A stretch of 64,000 nucleotides of DNA from a virus (taxonomy: Duplodnaviria; Heunggongvirae; Uroviricota; Caudoviricetes): positions 132,338-196,337 of IMG/VR virus record IMGVR_UViG_3300028534_000001. One strand, written 5' to 3'. This document shows positions 47,522 through 56,723 of this stretch, in pieces. The notes under the pieces were generated by a model, which was not told the origin of the DNA, did no database searches, and saw nothing but the letters and a program-made list of their open reading frames with translations. The first letter of the stretch is position 1; each line of letters opens with the position of its first letter. A program made the position numbers and the translations under genes.

Positions 47522-47550
47522 AATTATAACATATTTTTATTAAAAAGTCA
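47522..47550 (-). promoter_or_regulatory. sigma70-type early promoter
   Basis: The attata element is at 47522-47527 and agtcaa at 47545-47550, with a 17 nt spacer. Confidence 0.7.
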
Positions 47551-47567
47551 AGGATTTTTTTAAAAAA

Positions 47568-47813
47568 TTATTTTATTTTTTCAAATTTTATTTCTTTTAC
47601 GAAATCTTCTTTTTCATCTTCTGTAAACATAGCAATATAAAATTTATTTTTAATATTTAAAATATATTTAACAAAACTTTTTGAAGTTGTTAATTGAGCA
47701 TATTCAATTTCATTTAATCTAATTTTCATATCTTCAGCAATTTTTTCAAGTCTTGATTTTAATTGCTCTTTATCTAATTCAAAGTTTCTTGATTCTAAAA
47801 TTTCTTTTAACAT
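47568..47813 (-). CDS. MLKEIL-family small protein
   Basis: N-terminus is MLKEILESRNF. It is the first of four consecutive MLKEIL-family genes. Confidence 0.4.
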   Translation of the reverse strand: MLKEILESRNFELDKEQLKSRLEKIAEDMKIRLNEIEYAQLTTSKSFVKYILNIKNKFYIAMFTEDEKEDFVKEIKFEKIK

Positions 47814-47823
47814 AATTATCCTT

Positions 47824-48036
47824 TTATTTAAATTTATTTACAAATAAAAAATTTTTGATTTCTATATATTTTGAATTTATAATTTTTAATTCATTTTTTA
47901 AATCTATATCATTTTTCATTAAAAAATGTTCTAAAGAATCTACATCTTGAACAGATTGAATTTCTTCATTTTTAATATCAATTATTAAAATATCAATTTT
48001 TTCAGGTTTATTTTTATTTAATATTTCTTTTAACAT
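47824..48036 (-). CDS. MLKEIL-family small protein
   Basis: N-terminus is MLKEILNKNKPE. Confidence 0.4.
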   Translation of the reverse strand: MLKEILNKNKPEKIDILIIDIKNEEIQSVQDVDSLEHFLMKNDIDLKNELKIINSKYIEIKNFLFVNKFK

Positions 48037-48045
48037 AATTACCCT

Positions 48046-48357
48046 TTATTCAAATGTATCTTTTTCGTTATCAAGATACCAACAATTATCTTTAGGATGT
48101 TTAACAAGATAAACAGGGTCTCCACTTGCAATTGAAGTATAACCTCTACAATTTGGTGATATTGTTTTTCTTCCTATACATTTTTGTATAATTAAAGAAA
48201 TACCACCTTTATCATCAATATCTGTAACTTGTCCCATCCTACCAATAAGAACACTTTTAACACATTCACCTTTATCTAAAAGTTCTTTGACTTTTTGAAT
48301 AACTTTTTTTCTTTCTTCAGGTGATTGTTTAATTCCTTCTAAAACAATTTTTAACAT
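48046..48357 (-). CDS. MLKEIL-family small protein
   Basis: N-terminus is MLKIVLEGIKQ. Confidence 0.4.
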   Translation of the reverse strand: MLKIVLEGIKQSPEERKKVIQKVKELLDKGECVKSVLIGRMGQVTDIDDKGGISLIIQKCIGRKTISPNCRGYTSIASGDPVYLVKHPKDNCWYLDNEKDTFE

Positions 48358-48359
48358 TT

Positions 48360-48668
48360 TTAGACCTTTAAATTATAATAATTTTTTATAAAATTTTTTA
48401 ATTCTTTTATATAAGCAAATTTAAAAATTTCTTTATCATCTTTATAAACTTTATTATTTTTTAATATAAGATAATTTAATTTTGTATAATCAACTCCACC
48501 TATTCTATTATCACCTTTAAAATCTCCTTTTAAAAGTTTTTCAAGATAAGTTTCAAGATTACCAAAATTAACTATTTGTGAAGTTTTACCATCACTTATA
48601 ATAAACTCATCATCTTCAATATAAGCAATTACATTATTTGATAAACTTTCTAAAATTTTTTTTAACAT
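48360..48668 (-). CDS. MLKEIL-family small protein
   Basis: N-terminus is MLKKILESLSN. Confidence 0.4.
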   Translation of the reverse strand: MLKKILESLSNNVIAYIEDDEFIISDGKTSQIVNFGNLETYLEKLLKGDFKGDNRIGGVDYTKLNYLILKNNKVYKDDKEIFKFAYIKELKNFIKNYYNLKV

Positions 48669-48761
48669 TATATCTCACCCTCTATAATTTTAATATTTAA
48701 ATGTGGAAAATTTATGTTAAATTCATCAATATCACTTATATATTTTATTTCAAATCCTTTT

Positions 48762-49304
48762 TTATTTATTTAATTGATATGCCCATTTTGTAAAAATAAA
48801 AATTGATTTCCAATCACTATTTTCAATAAGTTCATCTACATTTAACCAAATAATTTTCTCATCTTCATCTGCACCTACAAAGTCAACATTAGTTACATCA
48901 ACAACATAACCTTTTAACATTTGATTAGATTGAGTTGAAACCATTGTTTTACCTATATATGTAATATTTCTATTATCAACTTTATAACCAGCTTCTTCTT
49001 TAACTTCTTCAATGACAATTTTTTCAGGTTCAATATTTTTATCTAAACTTCCACCAAAAGCAGTAGCTAATCTTTTAATTCCTCTTTCATATAAAGGTGG
49101 TTTAATTTCTTGAATAAGACCAATTTTATCTTTGTTATTATCAATTAAAATAAAGGCAACACTATCAATACCTGCTCTTTCTGAATATAAGTAATAACCA
49201 TCTGCTTTTTTAATTTTCATAAAAGGTTCATTATTAAGGGGATTTTTGCTATCACTTTGCCAAATTATTTCAGGTTTTTCACTTTCCATTTTTTCTATAA
49301 TCAT
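48762..49304 (-). CDS. Nudix-like hydrolase (ADP-ribose pyrophosphatase-like)
   Basis: FGGSLDKNIEPEKIVIEEVKEEAGY is a degenerate Nudix box (GG...E.E....EE..EE.G). Confidence 0.45.
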   Translation of the reverse strand: MIIEKMESEKPEIIWQSDSKNPLNNEPFMKIKKADGYYLYSERAGIDSVAFILIDNNKDKIGLIQEIKPPLYERGIKRLATAFGGSLDKNIEPEKIVIEEVKEEAGYKVDNRNITYIGKTMVSTQSNQMLKGYVVDVTNVDFVGADEDEKIIWLNVDELIENSDWKSIFIFTKWAYQLNK

Positions 49305-49319
49305 AATTTTTCTCCTTAA

Positions 49320-49421
49320 AATTTAAATCCATTTATAGCTAAATATCCTATTGCTGCAATACTTTCAATAGCTATCCATAAAAATATAATAGTTGCAATT
49401 GTTTCAAAAAATATCATTTTA
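49320..49421 (-). CDS. small membrane peptide (about 33 aa), absent from ORF track
   Basis: MIFFETIATIIFLWIAIESIAAIGYLAINGFKF lies between two genes. Confidence 0.2.
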
Positions 49422-49427
49422 TTCTCC

Positions 49428-49610
49428 TTATTTATTATAAAAATCTTGACTATTTCCATCTAACATACAAGCATAATTACAATAATTGTCGTCATATTTT
49501 TTATCAACTTCTTCTAAAATTTTTTCTTTTAGAATTTTTTTCATTTCTTTTTTTATTTTTTTCTTTTGTTCTTTTGTTAAAAGTGATTCAAATTTTGATT
49601 TTATCTTCAT
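49428..49610 (-). CDS. hypothetical protein
   Basis: A 60 aa ORF follows promoter 49638..49666. Confidence 0.35.
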   Translation of the reverse strand: MKIKSKFESLLTKEQKKKIKKEMKKILKEKILEEVDKKYDDNYCNYACMLDGNSQDFYNK

Positions 49611-49637
49611 GTTTTCTCCTTGACTTTTTATATTATA

Positions 49638-49666
49638 ATTATAATATATTTTTATTAAAAAGTCAA
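49638..49666 (-). promoter_or_regulatory. sigma70-type early promoter
   Basis: The attata element is at 49638-49643 and agtcaa at 49661-49666, with a 17 nt spacer. Confidence 0.7.
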
Positions 49667-49683
49667 GGATTTTTAAATATTTT

Positions 49684-49926
49684 TTAAAATTTAACTACTA
49701 AATAATCTCCAGCATTAAAAATTTTACCTGTTTTAAGATTTTTAATTTTTAAAATATCTTCTTCGTCAAATCCCATATCTTCATTAAAAAAACTTTCAAA
49801 ATTTTCTACAATAATAATATTTTTATTATCATAAGCTTCAATAAATACCCAACTATCTTTTGTAACATTTATTGTTTGAAAATTTTTTCCTTCTTCAATT
49901 TTTGTTTCAATAATTTCTTTTAACAT
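49684..49926 (-). CDS. MLKEIL-family small protein
   Basis: N-terminus is MLKEIIETKIEEG. Confidence 0.4.
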   Translation of the reverse strand: MLKEIIETKIEEGKNFQTINVTKDSWVFIEAYDNKNIIIVENFESFFNEDMGFDEEDILKIKNLKTGKIFNAGDYLVVKF

Positions 49927-49941
49927 TTTTATATCCTTTTT

Positions 49942-50187
49942 TTAATTATTACATAAATATAATTCAAATTCTTTTTTTAATTTTGTTACAACTAATTTTT
50001 TAAATTTAGATGGAATAGAAAAATAATAAAAACCATTATCATTTTCTGTCCAATTTTCTACATCTTTATCATTTAAACCATTTTTAACTAATTCATCATA
50101 AACTTTATTAGCATTATCTAAATTTTTGAATACTAATGTAATATTATTAGATTCTTCTATTTTAGATTTGATTATTTCTTTTAACAT
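49942..50187 (-). CDS. MLKEIL-family small protein
   Basis: N-terminus is MLKEIIKSKIEES. Confidence 0.4.
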   Translation of the reverse strand: MLKEIIKSKIEESNNITLVFKNLDNANKVYDELVKNGLNDKDVENWTENDNGFYYFSIPSKFKKLVVTKLKKEFELYLCNN

Positions 50188-50216
50188 ATAAAACCTTTAA
50201 AATATTTTTATATTAT

Positions 50217-50699
50217 TTAATTATTTATAATTTCAAAATTTAATTTTTGAACTATATTTCTTATTTTATCTATATCTTTTAATTGTAAATCATTTTTAAA
50301 TTTCAAATTTTCTAATTTATGATAAGGTCCACTAATTTCTATATCTTGAAAAGGTGTTTTAACATAATTTTGTGGGTAATATACAGCATATAATCCTTTA
50401 GATAAAATTCTAAATGGAATTTCAACATAATAATTTTTAACATTTTTAATTGTTTTTGTAACTATAGGAAATTCCCATTTAAAAATTTTAATAGTTTTTA
50501 AAATTTTTTTCTTTATTATAGTAATAGGTATTTCTAAGGCAATAGAATACATATATTCTTTTCTTCCTGAATTAAAAGTTATTTCATATTCTTTATATAA
50601 AAAAGTTTTAAAATTAGTATTATTAAAAACTTCTTTTCTTGAATTTAAAATTTTTGTTTGTTTTGAAATTATAGGAGTATTTGGACATATCATACTCAT
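50217..50699 (-). CDS. hypothetical protein
   Basis: 160 aa ORF. Confidence 0.4.
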   Translation of the reverse strand: MSMICPNTPIISKQTKILNSRKEVFNNTNFKTFLYKEYEITFNSGRKEYMYSIALEIPITIIKKKILKTIKIFKWEFPIVTKTIKNVKNYYVEIPFRILSKGLYAVYYPQNYVKTPFQDIEISGPYHKLENLKFKNDLQLKDIDKIRNIVQKLNFEIINN

Positions 50700-50866
50700 T
50701 TTATATCCATTTTTTTATAAATTTCATTTATAATTTCTTTAATTTTTTTATCATCAGTATAATATAATAAATCATTACCTATTACTTCTTCAATCATTGA
50801 AATTATTTGTCCTAATCTTAAACCTTTTTTATTCATTTTTCTAATTTTTTTACATGTTTTTTTCAT
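50696..50866 (-). CDS. hypothetical basic protein
   Basis: The start was moved to the ATG at 50866 with an AAAGGAG RBS, because the track start overlaps the -35 of promoter 50886..50914. Confidence 0.35.
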   Translation of the reverse strand: MKKTCKKIRKMNKKGLRLGQIISMIEEVIGNDLLYYTDDKKIKEIINEIYKKMDIK

Positions 50867-50885
50867 AATTTTCTCCTTTTTTATA

Positions 50886-50914
50886 ATTATACTAAAAATA
50901 AAGTAAAAAGTCAA
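50886..50914 (-). promoter_or_regulatory. sigma70-type early promoter
   Basis: The attata element is at 50886-50891 and agtcaa at 50909-50914, with a 17 nt spacer. Confidence 0.7.
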
Positions 50915-50915
50915 C

Positions 50916-51449
50916 TTATTTTAAAGTTACTTTTACTTCACAATTATTTTCTTCATTTTTATTTTGGGTTTTTTCTTTATTTTGAAAATTTTCACAAGAT
51001 TCTTTATTTTCTATATTTTCTTTATTTTTAAAATTACAAGATTCTTTATTTTTAGAGTCTTTTTCATTTTGTGAATTTTCATTACAATTTTCTTTTTCAA
51101 CTTTCCAAGTTGTTAAAATTTTTTCTATTTTAATATTACCATCTTTATCACAAACTTCTCTACAAGTTATTTCTTGTTTACAATAATATTCTTTATTATC
51201 TGGTGTACATATTAAAAAACAATCATTTTCAGCTATAAAATTCATAGCATCTAAAAAATTAACATAACCTTCTTTATCTTGAAATTGAAATTCTTTAAAT
51301 TGTATATCTATTGTTTTGTCTTTATTTGTTTTTAAAATTTCTGTTACAGCATTATATTTATTTTCATCACAATTAAAATAAAATTTACCACTTCTAATTT
51401 CATCTACTCCAAAATTTTCAAATGTTTTAAACATATCATAAACTCTCAT
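50916..51449 (-). CDS. hypothetical protein with C-terminal Cys-containing tandem peptide repeats
   Basis: The C-terminus reads KNKESCNFKNKENIENKESCENFQNKEKTQNKNEENNC. The DNA at about 50960-51075 is internally repetitive. Confidence 0.4.
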   Translation of the reverse strand: MRVYDMFKTFENFGVDEIRSGKFYFNCDENKYNAVTEILKTNKDKTIDIQFKEFQFQDKEGYVNFLDAMNFIAENDCFLICTPDNKEYYCKQEITCREVCDKDGNIKIEKILTTWKVEKENCNENSQNEKDSKNKESCNFKNKENIENKESCENFQNKEKTQNKNEENNCEVKVTLK

Positions 51450-51948
51450 CTAAATCCCTTACTATAATTTTTCTCTTTGGATCACCTATCATAAAAGCTT
51501 CACCTTGAATTATATCATTTAAATTTTTAAACAATTTATAAAATAATCTTAATATTTTAATTTCATCTTCTATTTTATAATTATTAGATATTAAATATGA
51601 AATTCTATTTTTAAATTCATAAAAATTTTTTAAAAGACTATTAACATAAAAATATAATCTTTGTTCTTTTATATCTAATTTTAAAAAATTTTTATAATCA
51701 TTTTTATTTAATTCAATCTTATCATTTTTAAAAAATTCTATTTTATCAGGGAGTTTGGAAGTAGAAAAATTATAATCAATTATTTTTCTTTCTAATTTAG
51801 AAAATAAATTATGAAGATAAATAGTTTTTTGTTTAGACAAAATTTTTAATTGTTTTCTTTTTTCTTTGTCTTTTTCGTGAATAAAAGAAAAAGAAAGATT
51901 ATATAAATTAACCATTTCTTTTTCAATTAAATCAAATAATTTTTCCAT
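51436..51948 (-). CDS. hypothetical protein
   Basis: 170 aa ORF. Confidence 0.4.
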   Translation of the reverse strand: MEKLFDLIEKEMVNLYNLSFSFIHEKDKEKRKQLKILSKQKTIYLHNLFSKLERKIIDYNFSTSKLPDKIEFFKNDKIELNKNDYKNFLKLDIKEQRLYFYVNSLLKNFYEFKNRISYLISNNYKIEDEIKILRLFYKLFKNLNDIIQGEAFMIGDPKRKIIVRDLDESL

Positions 51949-51967
51949 AATGTCTCCTTATAAATTA

Positions 51968-53455
51968 TTAAGCATTTAGATATATGTATGTATCGGGATA
52001 AATCATATCACCAACATCACTTGTAATTTTAAATTGAAAACTTCTTCCTTTTTTGAAAACAACATCATAATTATAAGTTATTCTATCAAAATAAGTCAAA
52101 TTATTAGTAATCATATTATCTATTGGATATTCTTCTTTAATATTAAATGCTGATTGATTTTCATATTGATCATCCCAATTATTATCAATACTATCATCAT
52201 CTGGTGCTAAACTACAATATAATTTATTATTAGAAATTCTATATATTATGGAAGGAGCAGATTCTAATTTATTTCCTGAAATATCAATTTTATAAATAGT
52301 TTTTTCATCTTTTCTATTTATATAATCATAATATTCTTCAGTATTATAAACACCAATATTATATTCAAATTGAGCAAATTTATTACCAATTGTTTTACTA
52401 AAAAATTCTAATAAAGTATATCTATAATCTTCTTTTCTCCAATCACTATTTTCATTTGTCTTTTGAATAGCTTTACTATTATGTCCATCTAAAACTTTTT
52501 TATTATTAACAAAAACTATAAATCTTCCATCACTTGTTAATTGAACTATAATTGAATGATATTGATCTTTTGTAAAAATAACATCTTCAGTTGTAACATC
52601 ATATGCATTTTCATCATCATTAGCTGGATATTTATAATTTTCAGTATAACTATCAAAATATCCAAATCTAATTCTTAATTTATTATCTGTTGTTTGGAAA
52701 ATATCACAAAAATAAGGTATATATTTTTTTTTACCACTATAATAATAACTTGATAATGATCCAGTAGCAAATCTATATAATAAATCGTCTTCTTCTAAAT
52801 TATCTGAAGCAGGTTTAAAAAATATAGAAGTAAATCTATCTTTAGAATAAACCATTTTATTAAAAATATTTTGGTCAAATAAATTTAATTGTACTTTTTC
52901 TACATTTCCATTTTCATCTGCTGCTGTTTTTAATACTAAACCATTTTCATCATTTTCAAAAGGACTATCTGCTTCTTGAACATATGTTCCTTTTGTTACT
53001 AATTGTTCTGTTGGTATTTTATATAAAATATCATCAAAATTTATATTAGCATAATTTTTTTGTCCATCTTTTAACATAGGTTTTGCAAAAGAATAAACAA
53101 CTAAAGGTTCAACTTCATCTTCTTTTTCAAAAGAAGAATATTCTCTAAATAAACCTTTTATTTCTGTTACTTCACCTGCAGTTATAAATTTTCCATTTGG
53201 GTTTTCATTATTAACAATGTAAAATTGTTTATCTTTTTCAATTCTACTTTGTTCTAAAAGTTGTTTAGTTAAATATATTTCATCTTTTGTTATGTTTGGA
53301 TAACCTGGAATTTCAATAATAGGTAATCTTTGTAAACCCATATTAAAATTTCTAACTTGGTAGCTAGACCAATCTGGTTGATCATCATATTGGTGTTTAA
53401 TTTCACTTTCCCAAATACTACCATCTTTTATTGAATATATTTTATCATAAGCCAT
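51968..53455 (-). CDS. hypothetical protein (possible virion/late protein)
   Basis: The 495 aa ORF has no early-promoter consensus upstream. It is the first of three large consecutive genes. Confidence 0.4.
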   Translation of the reverse strand: MAYDKIYSIKDGSIWESEIKHQYDDQPDWSSYQVRNFNMGLQRLPIIEIPGYPNITKDEIYLTKQLLEQSRIEKDKQFYIVNNENPNGKFITAGEVTEIKGLFREYSSFEKEDEVEPLVVYSFAKPMLKDGQKNYANINFDDILYKIPTEQLVTKGTYVQEADSPFENDENGLVLKTAADENGNVEKVQLNLFDQNIFNKMVYSKDRFTSIFFKPASDNLEEDDLLYRFATGSLSSYYYSGKKKYIPYFCDIFQTTDNKLRIRFGYFDSYTENYKYPANDDENAYDVTTEDVIFTKDQYHSIIVQLTSDGRFIVFVNNKKVLDGHNSKAIQKTNENSDWRKEDYRYTLLEFFSKTIGNKFAQFEYNIGVYNTEEYYDYINRKDEKTIYKIDISGNKLESAPSIIYRISNNKLYCSLAPDDDSIDNNWDDQYENQSAFNIKEEYPIDNMITNNLTYFDRITYNYDVVFKKGRSFQFKITSDVGDMIYPDTYIYLNA

Positions 53456-53568
53456 TTCCTGTCCTTTTATTTTTATTTATTCAAACAATACATTAACAAT
53501 ATAAAAAATCTTTAATAATATTATTAAATTCAATTTTAAACACAATTTTATTATAATTTGATTTTAAA

Positions 53569-54855
53569 TCATTCTATTACTTTGTCTTGATAATATTGAG
53601 CTTGTCCAAAAATATTTTTCTTAATATAATAATTATCAAATTCTGTTCTAATTATAATTCTATCAGGACTTGATTTTAAATTAGAAATTTGTTTTGACAT
53701 ATATTTAATATTATTTTCAAAACTATCTTTTGATGTATAAAAATTATTAAATTCAGTTTCAATTATAATTTTATCTTTAAAAGAATTTTTTGTAATTAAA
53801 TTTTTAATTCTAAATGATATATTATTTTCAAAGGCATCTTTTAATATATAAAAATCATTGAATTCTGTTCTAATTACAACTTTATCTTTACTATCAACAA
53901 TATCAATGGATTTATTCATAAATGTAATATTATTTATATAATCTGTTTTTAATAAATAATAATCGTCAAATTCTGTTCTAATTACAACTTTATCTTTACT
54001 ATCAACAATATCAATAGATTTATTCATAAATGTAATATTATTTACAAATTCTGTTTTTAATAAATAATAATCATCAAATTCTGTTCTAATTATTGTTCTA
54101 TCTTTTGAATTAACTATTATATCATCTTTTCTTAAATATTTTATATTTTTTATAAAAGAATCACTATATTTAAAAATATTATCAAATTCTGTTCTAATTA
54201 TTATATTATCTCTAATATTAGATAAATAAATATTTTTATCTATAAATCCAATGTCGTAAATAAAACCTTCTGATATTTTAAATTTAGATAAATCAGGTAA
54301 AACAAAATTATATTCTGGTTGACTTTCTGATGTTTCTTTAGGAATTTCAATAGAAAAATTTGTACCTACCAAAGGTATAGGAAATGTTATTTTATAATCA
54401 TCAAAATTATCTCCATTATAATTTCCGTAATATTTTATTACGACTTCTGCTTCAAAAGGTTCTTTGAAAGAATTTCTCCAATTTCCTTTTAAAGGGAATT
54501 TTATTAAAATTTCTTCTTCTTTATTGTTATATGCAAATGCAATAAATGTTGGTTCCCCATTTGGGGCATCTTTCCATAATTTTGACCAATCTTCTTCATA
54601 TAAATTTTGGAAATCATTTAAATTATTACCATTTTCTAATATTTTTTCTACATCTTCTTCAGGTAATCTATCAAGTCTTGAATCTTTGATACCTTCATAT
54701 ACTAATTTCCATTCTTTATCATCAAAGTCATAATAATACCATTTTAATAAATCTGTAGTTACTAATACTTTAGCGTTGATTGATACCTTACTTCTTAATT
54801 GAAAAATTTTATCAAATGGATACAAATCCACCAATCTTTTTGGTGTAAAAATCAT
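53569..54855 (-). CDS. repeat-containing protein (about 36 aa IIRTEFD..Y..K..F.NNI.FM.K repeats)
   Basis: At least six tandem peptide repeats are present. Two adjacent DNA copies at 53861..54076 are nearly identical. Confidence 0.45.
   Translation of the reverse strand: MIFTPKRLVDLYPFDKIFQLRSKVSINAKVLVTTDLLKWYYYDFDDKEWKLVYEGIKDSRLDRLPEEDVEKILENGNNLNDFQNLYEEDWSKLWKDAPNGEPTFIAFAYNNKEEEILIKFPLKGNWRNSFKEPFEAEVVIKYYGNYNGDNFDDYKITFPIPLVGTNFSIEIPKETSESQPEYNFVLPDLSKFKISEGFIYDIGFIDKNIYLSNIRDNIIIRTEFDNIFKYSDSFIKNIKYLRKDDIIVNSKDRTIIRTEFDDYYLLKTEFVNNITFMNKSIDIVDSKDKVVIRTEFDDYYLLKTDYINNITFMNKSIDIVDSKDKVVIRTEFNDFYILKDAFENNISFRIKNLITKNSFKDKIIIETEFNNFYTSKDSFENNIKYMSKQISNLKSSPDRIIIRTEFDNYYIKKNIFGQAQYYQDKVIE
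53861..54076. repeat. intragenic tandem direct repeat, 2 x about 108 bp, near-identical
   Basis: aattctgttctaattacaactttatctttactatcaacaatatcaat[g/a]gatttattcataaatgtaatattattta... occurs twice back to back. More diverged copies extend across about 53600-54250. Confidence 0.6.
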
Positions 54856-54893
54856 ATCATATCCTTTTATCTAATAAAGGAAAAAATCCCTTA

Positions 54894-56330
54894 TTAGAAT
54901 TGTTTATCCATATTTTCTACAGTAACTCTAATTTTAGAAGCACTTGTTAGATCAATATGAATAGTATTAGCATCAATAACACTTATTGTAGCACTGTCAT
55001 TGTAATATTTTTTCTCATCATCATCATAAACCCATAACATAACATCTATAAATTCACTTCCAAGATTGTGTTTAATATCAAAACTTGTAGCTTCATCACT
55101 TGATTCATATGTATATCTAATTGAATTTATTTCAGTTCTAATTGTAGTGTTATTTGTATCACATTTATCACTTACAGATTTAATAGCTGCGTCTAATTTA
55201 TTATCAGCATCTGCTAAACTTGAAGCTCCAGAAATGTAATTAGCATTACTATTTACTACATAATTTCCATCAGAATCTAAACCAGCTCCTGCTTCTACTC
55301 TATCAACTTCTTTTTGAAGAGCATCTGCATCACCACCAGTTGCAACTTTAACTAAAATATAATTACCATTAGAATCTTTTTCACCTGTTGGGATTTTTAC
55401 AGTATCATCATTTTCATCCCAAATTAGTAATGGCATAATACCTTCTTTACCTCTATTTACTTCCATACCTGCATTTTCTGTAGGGTCTGCATCATTAGGT
55501 ACATCAGAATTTAAAGTAAAGATATTATCTGATATTAACATTTGTTTAGTATTTACTTGTGTTACTTCACCTTTAATAGTTAAATCACCATTAACATATA
55601 GATTTTTTTGGAATGTAACATTACTTGCAACTGTTTGATCATCTGTAGTAACTTTATCTAAAAATCTACCATTAGCATCAGCTTCAAAATCATCAATTTG
55701 TTTTTGAAGAGCAGCATCAGCATCTTTTCTATCTGAAACTTCTTGTACTAAACTTTTATCTAATAATTGTGTTGCTTCATTTATTGATTTAGCATCTTTA
55801 ATATATGCTCCATTATCATAAGGAACATAATTTCCATCTTTATCTAATCCAGCTCCAGATTGAGTATTATCTAATTCATCTTGAACTTTAGAAATATCAT
55901 CTTCTGCTTTAGCTAAATTGTCGTCAATAACTTTTCTATCAGCATCAATACCATCTACTAAAGATTTTAATGTATCTTCTAAATTTCCTGAAGGAATACT
56001 AAATTTATCATTAGCTCCATCGTGACCCATAAATCCAACTAAATGAGAACCTTCACCTGGTTTTACAGAAGCTAATTTTTCAATAAATCCATAAAATTCT
56101 TCTGCTGTATTAAATTTAAAAATTTTAGGAGTTTCTGTAGTATTTCCATCACTATCTTTTGTTTCTTCTACAAAAACACCTTTAAAACATTTATCATTTG
56201 AATTATACCAAATTCTACCTGGTACTAATTCTGTAGGGTCTTTTTCTAAATTTTCAAAAACTGCATTTCTAAAATCAGCATTAGGTGCTAATTCAATACA
56301 GTGAAATTTTTGAACTCTACTCATAATCAT
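54894..56330 (-). CDS. tail-fiber-like protein (speculative)
   Basis: The 478 aa protein has an internal duplicated motif, SGAGLDKDGNYVPYDNGAYI and EAGAGLDSDGNYVVNSNANYI. There is no early promoter upstream. Confidence 0.35.
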   Translation of the reverse strand: MIMSRVQKFHCIELAPNADFRNAVFENLEKDPTELVPGRIWYNSNDKCFKGVFVEETKDSDGNTTETPKIFKFNTAEEFYGFIEKLASVKPGEGSHLVGFMGHDGANDKFSIPSGNLEDTLKSLVDGIDADRKVIDDNLAKAEDDISKVQDELDNTQSGAGLDKDGNYVPYDNGAYIKDAKSINEATQLLDKSLVQEVSDRKDADAALQKQIDDFEADANGRFLDKVTTDDQTVASNVTFQKNLYVNGDLTIKGEVTQVNTKQMLISDNIFTLNSDVPNDADPTENAGMEVNRGKEGIMPLLIWDENDDTVKIPTGEKDSNGNYILVKVATGGDADALQKEVDRVEAGAGLDSDGNYVVNSNANYISGASSLADADNKLDAAIKSVSDKCDTNNTTIRTEINSIRYTYESSDEATSFDIKHNLGSEFIDVMLWVYDDDEKKYYNDSATISVIDANTIHIDLTSASKIRVTVENMDKQF

Positions 56331-56433
56331 ATCCTTTAAATATATTTTAGTATATTTTTAATATACTTTCATATATATTTAATAAAAGCTATGATTATTG
56401 CAAGTTATTGACATAAAAATTACAAAAATAAAA

Positions 56434-56712
56434 TTATAATTTTTCAATATATCTTTTATAATTAAAATTTTCTTTATATGAAAAAGATAATAATTTTAAA
56501 TTTTTTATTTTATAATTTTTAAAAAATCTTTTTACTATAATATAACAAAATTTAAATTCATCTCTAGGTGCTTGTTCATCTATAATAATTTTTATAATTT
56601 TTCCACTTATAATTTTATTTTTTATTGGGTGAGGAAAATAAACTTTATCTTTTAATTTAAAACCCATAAATTCATCAATATTTTTATAATTTGGACTCCA
56701 TTCATAAATCAT
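56434..56712 (-). CDS. hypothetical protein
   Basis: 92 aa ORF. Confidence 0.35.
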   Translation of the reverse strand: MIYEWSPNYKNIDEFMGFKLKDKVYFPHPIKNKIISGKIIKIIIDEQAPRDEFKFCYIIVKRFFKNYKIKNLKLLSFSYKENFNYKRYIEKL

Positions 56713-56723
56713 AAAATTATCCT

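Noticed and set aside
53456-56433. T4-type late promoter TATAAATA upstream of the three large genes.
   Set aside because: There is no exact match. The closest sequences (AATAAATA, TATATTTA) are indistinguishable from background in this composition.
56408-56440. A + strand TTGACA followed by TATAAT.
   Set aside because: The spacer is about 21 nt and no + strand gene lies downstream.
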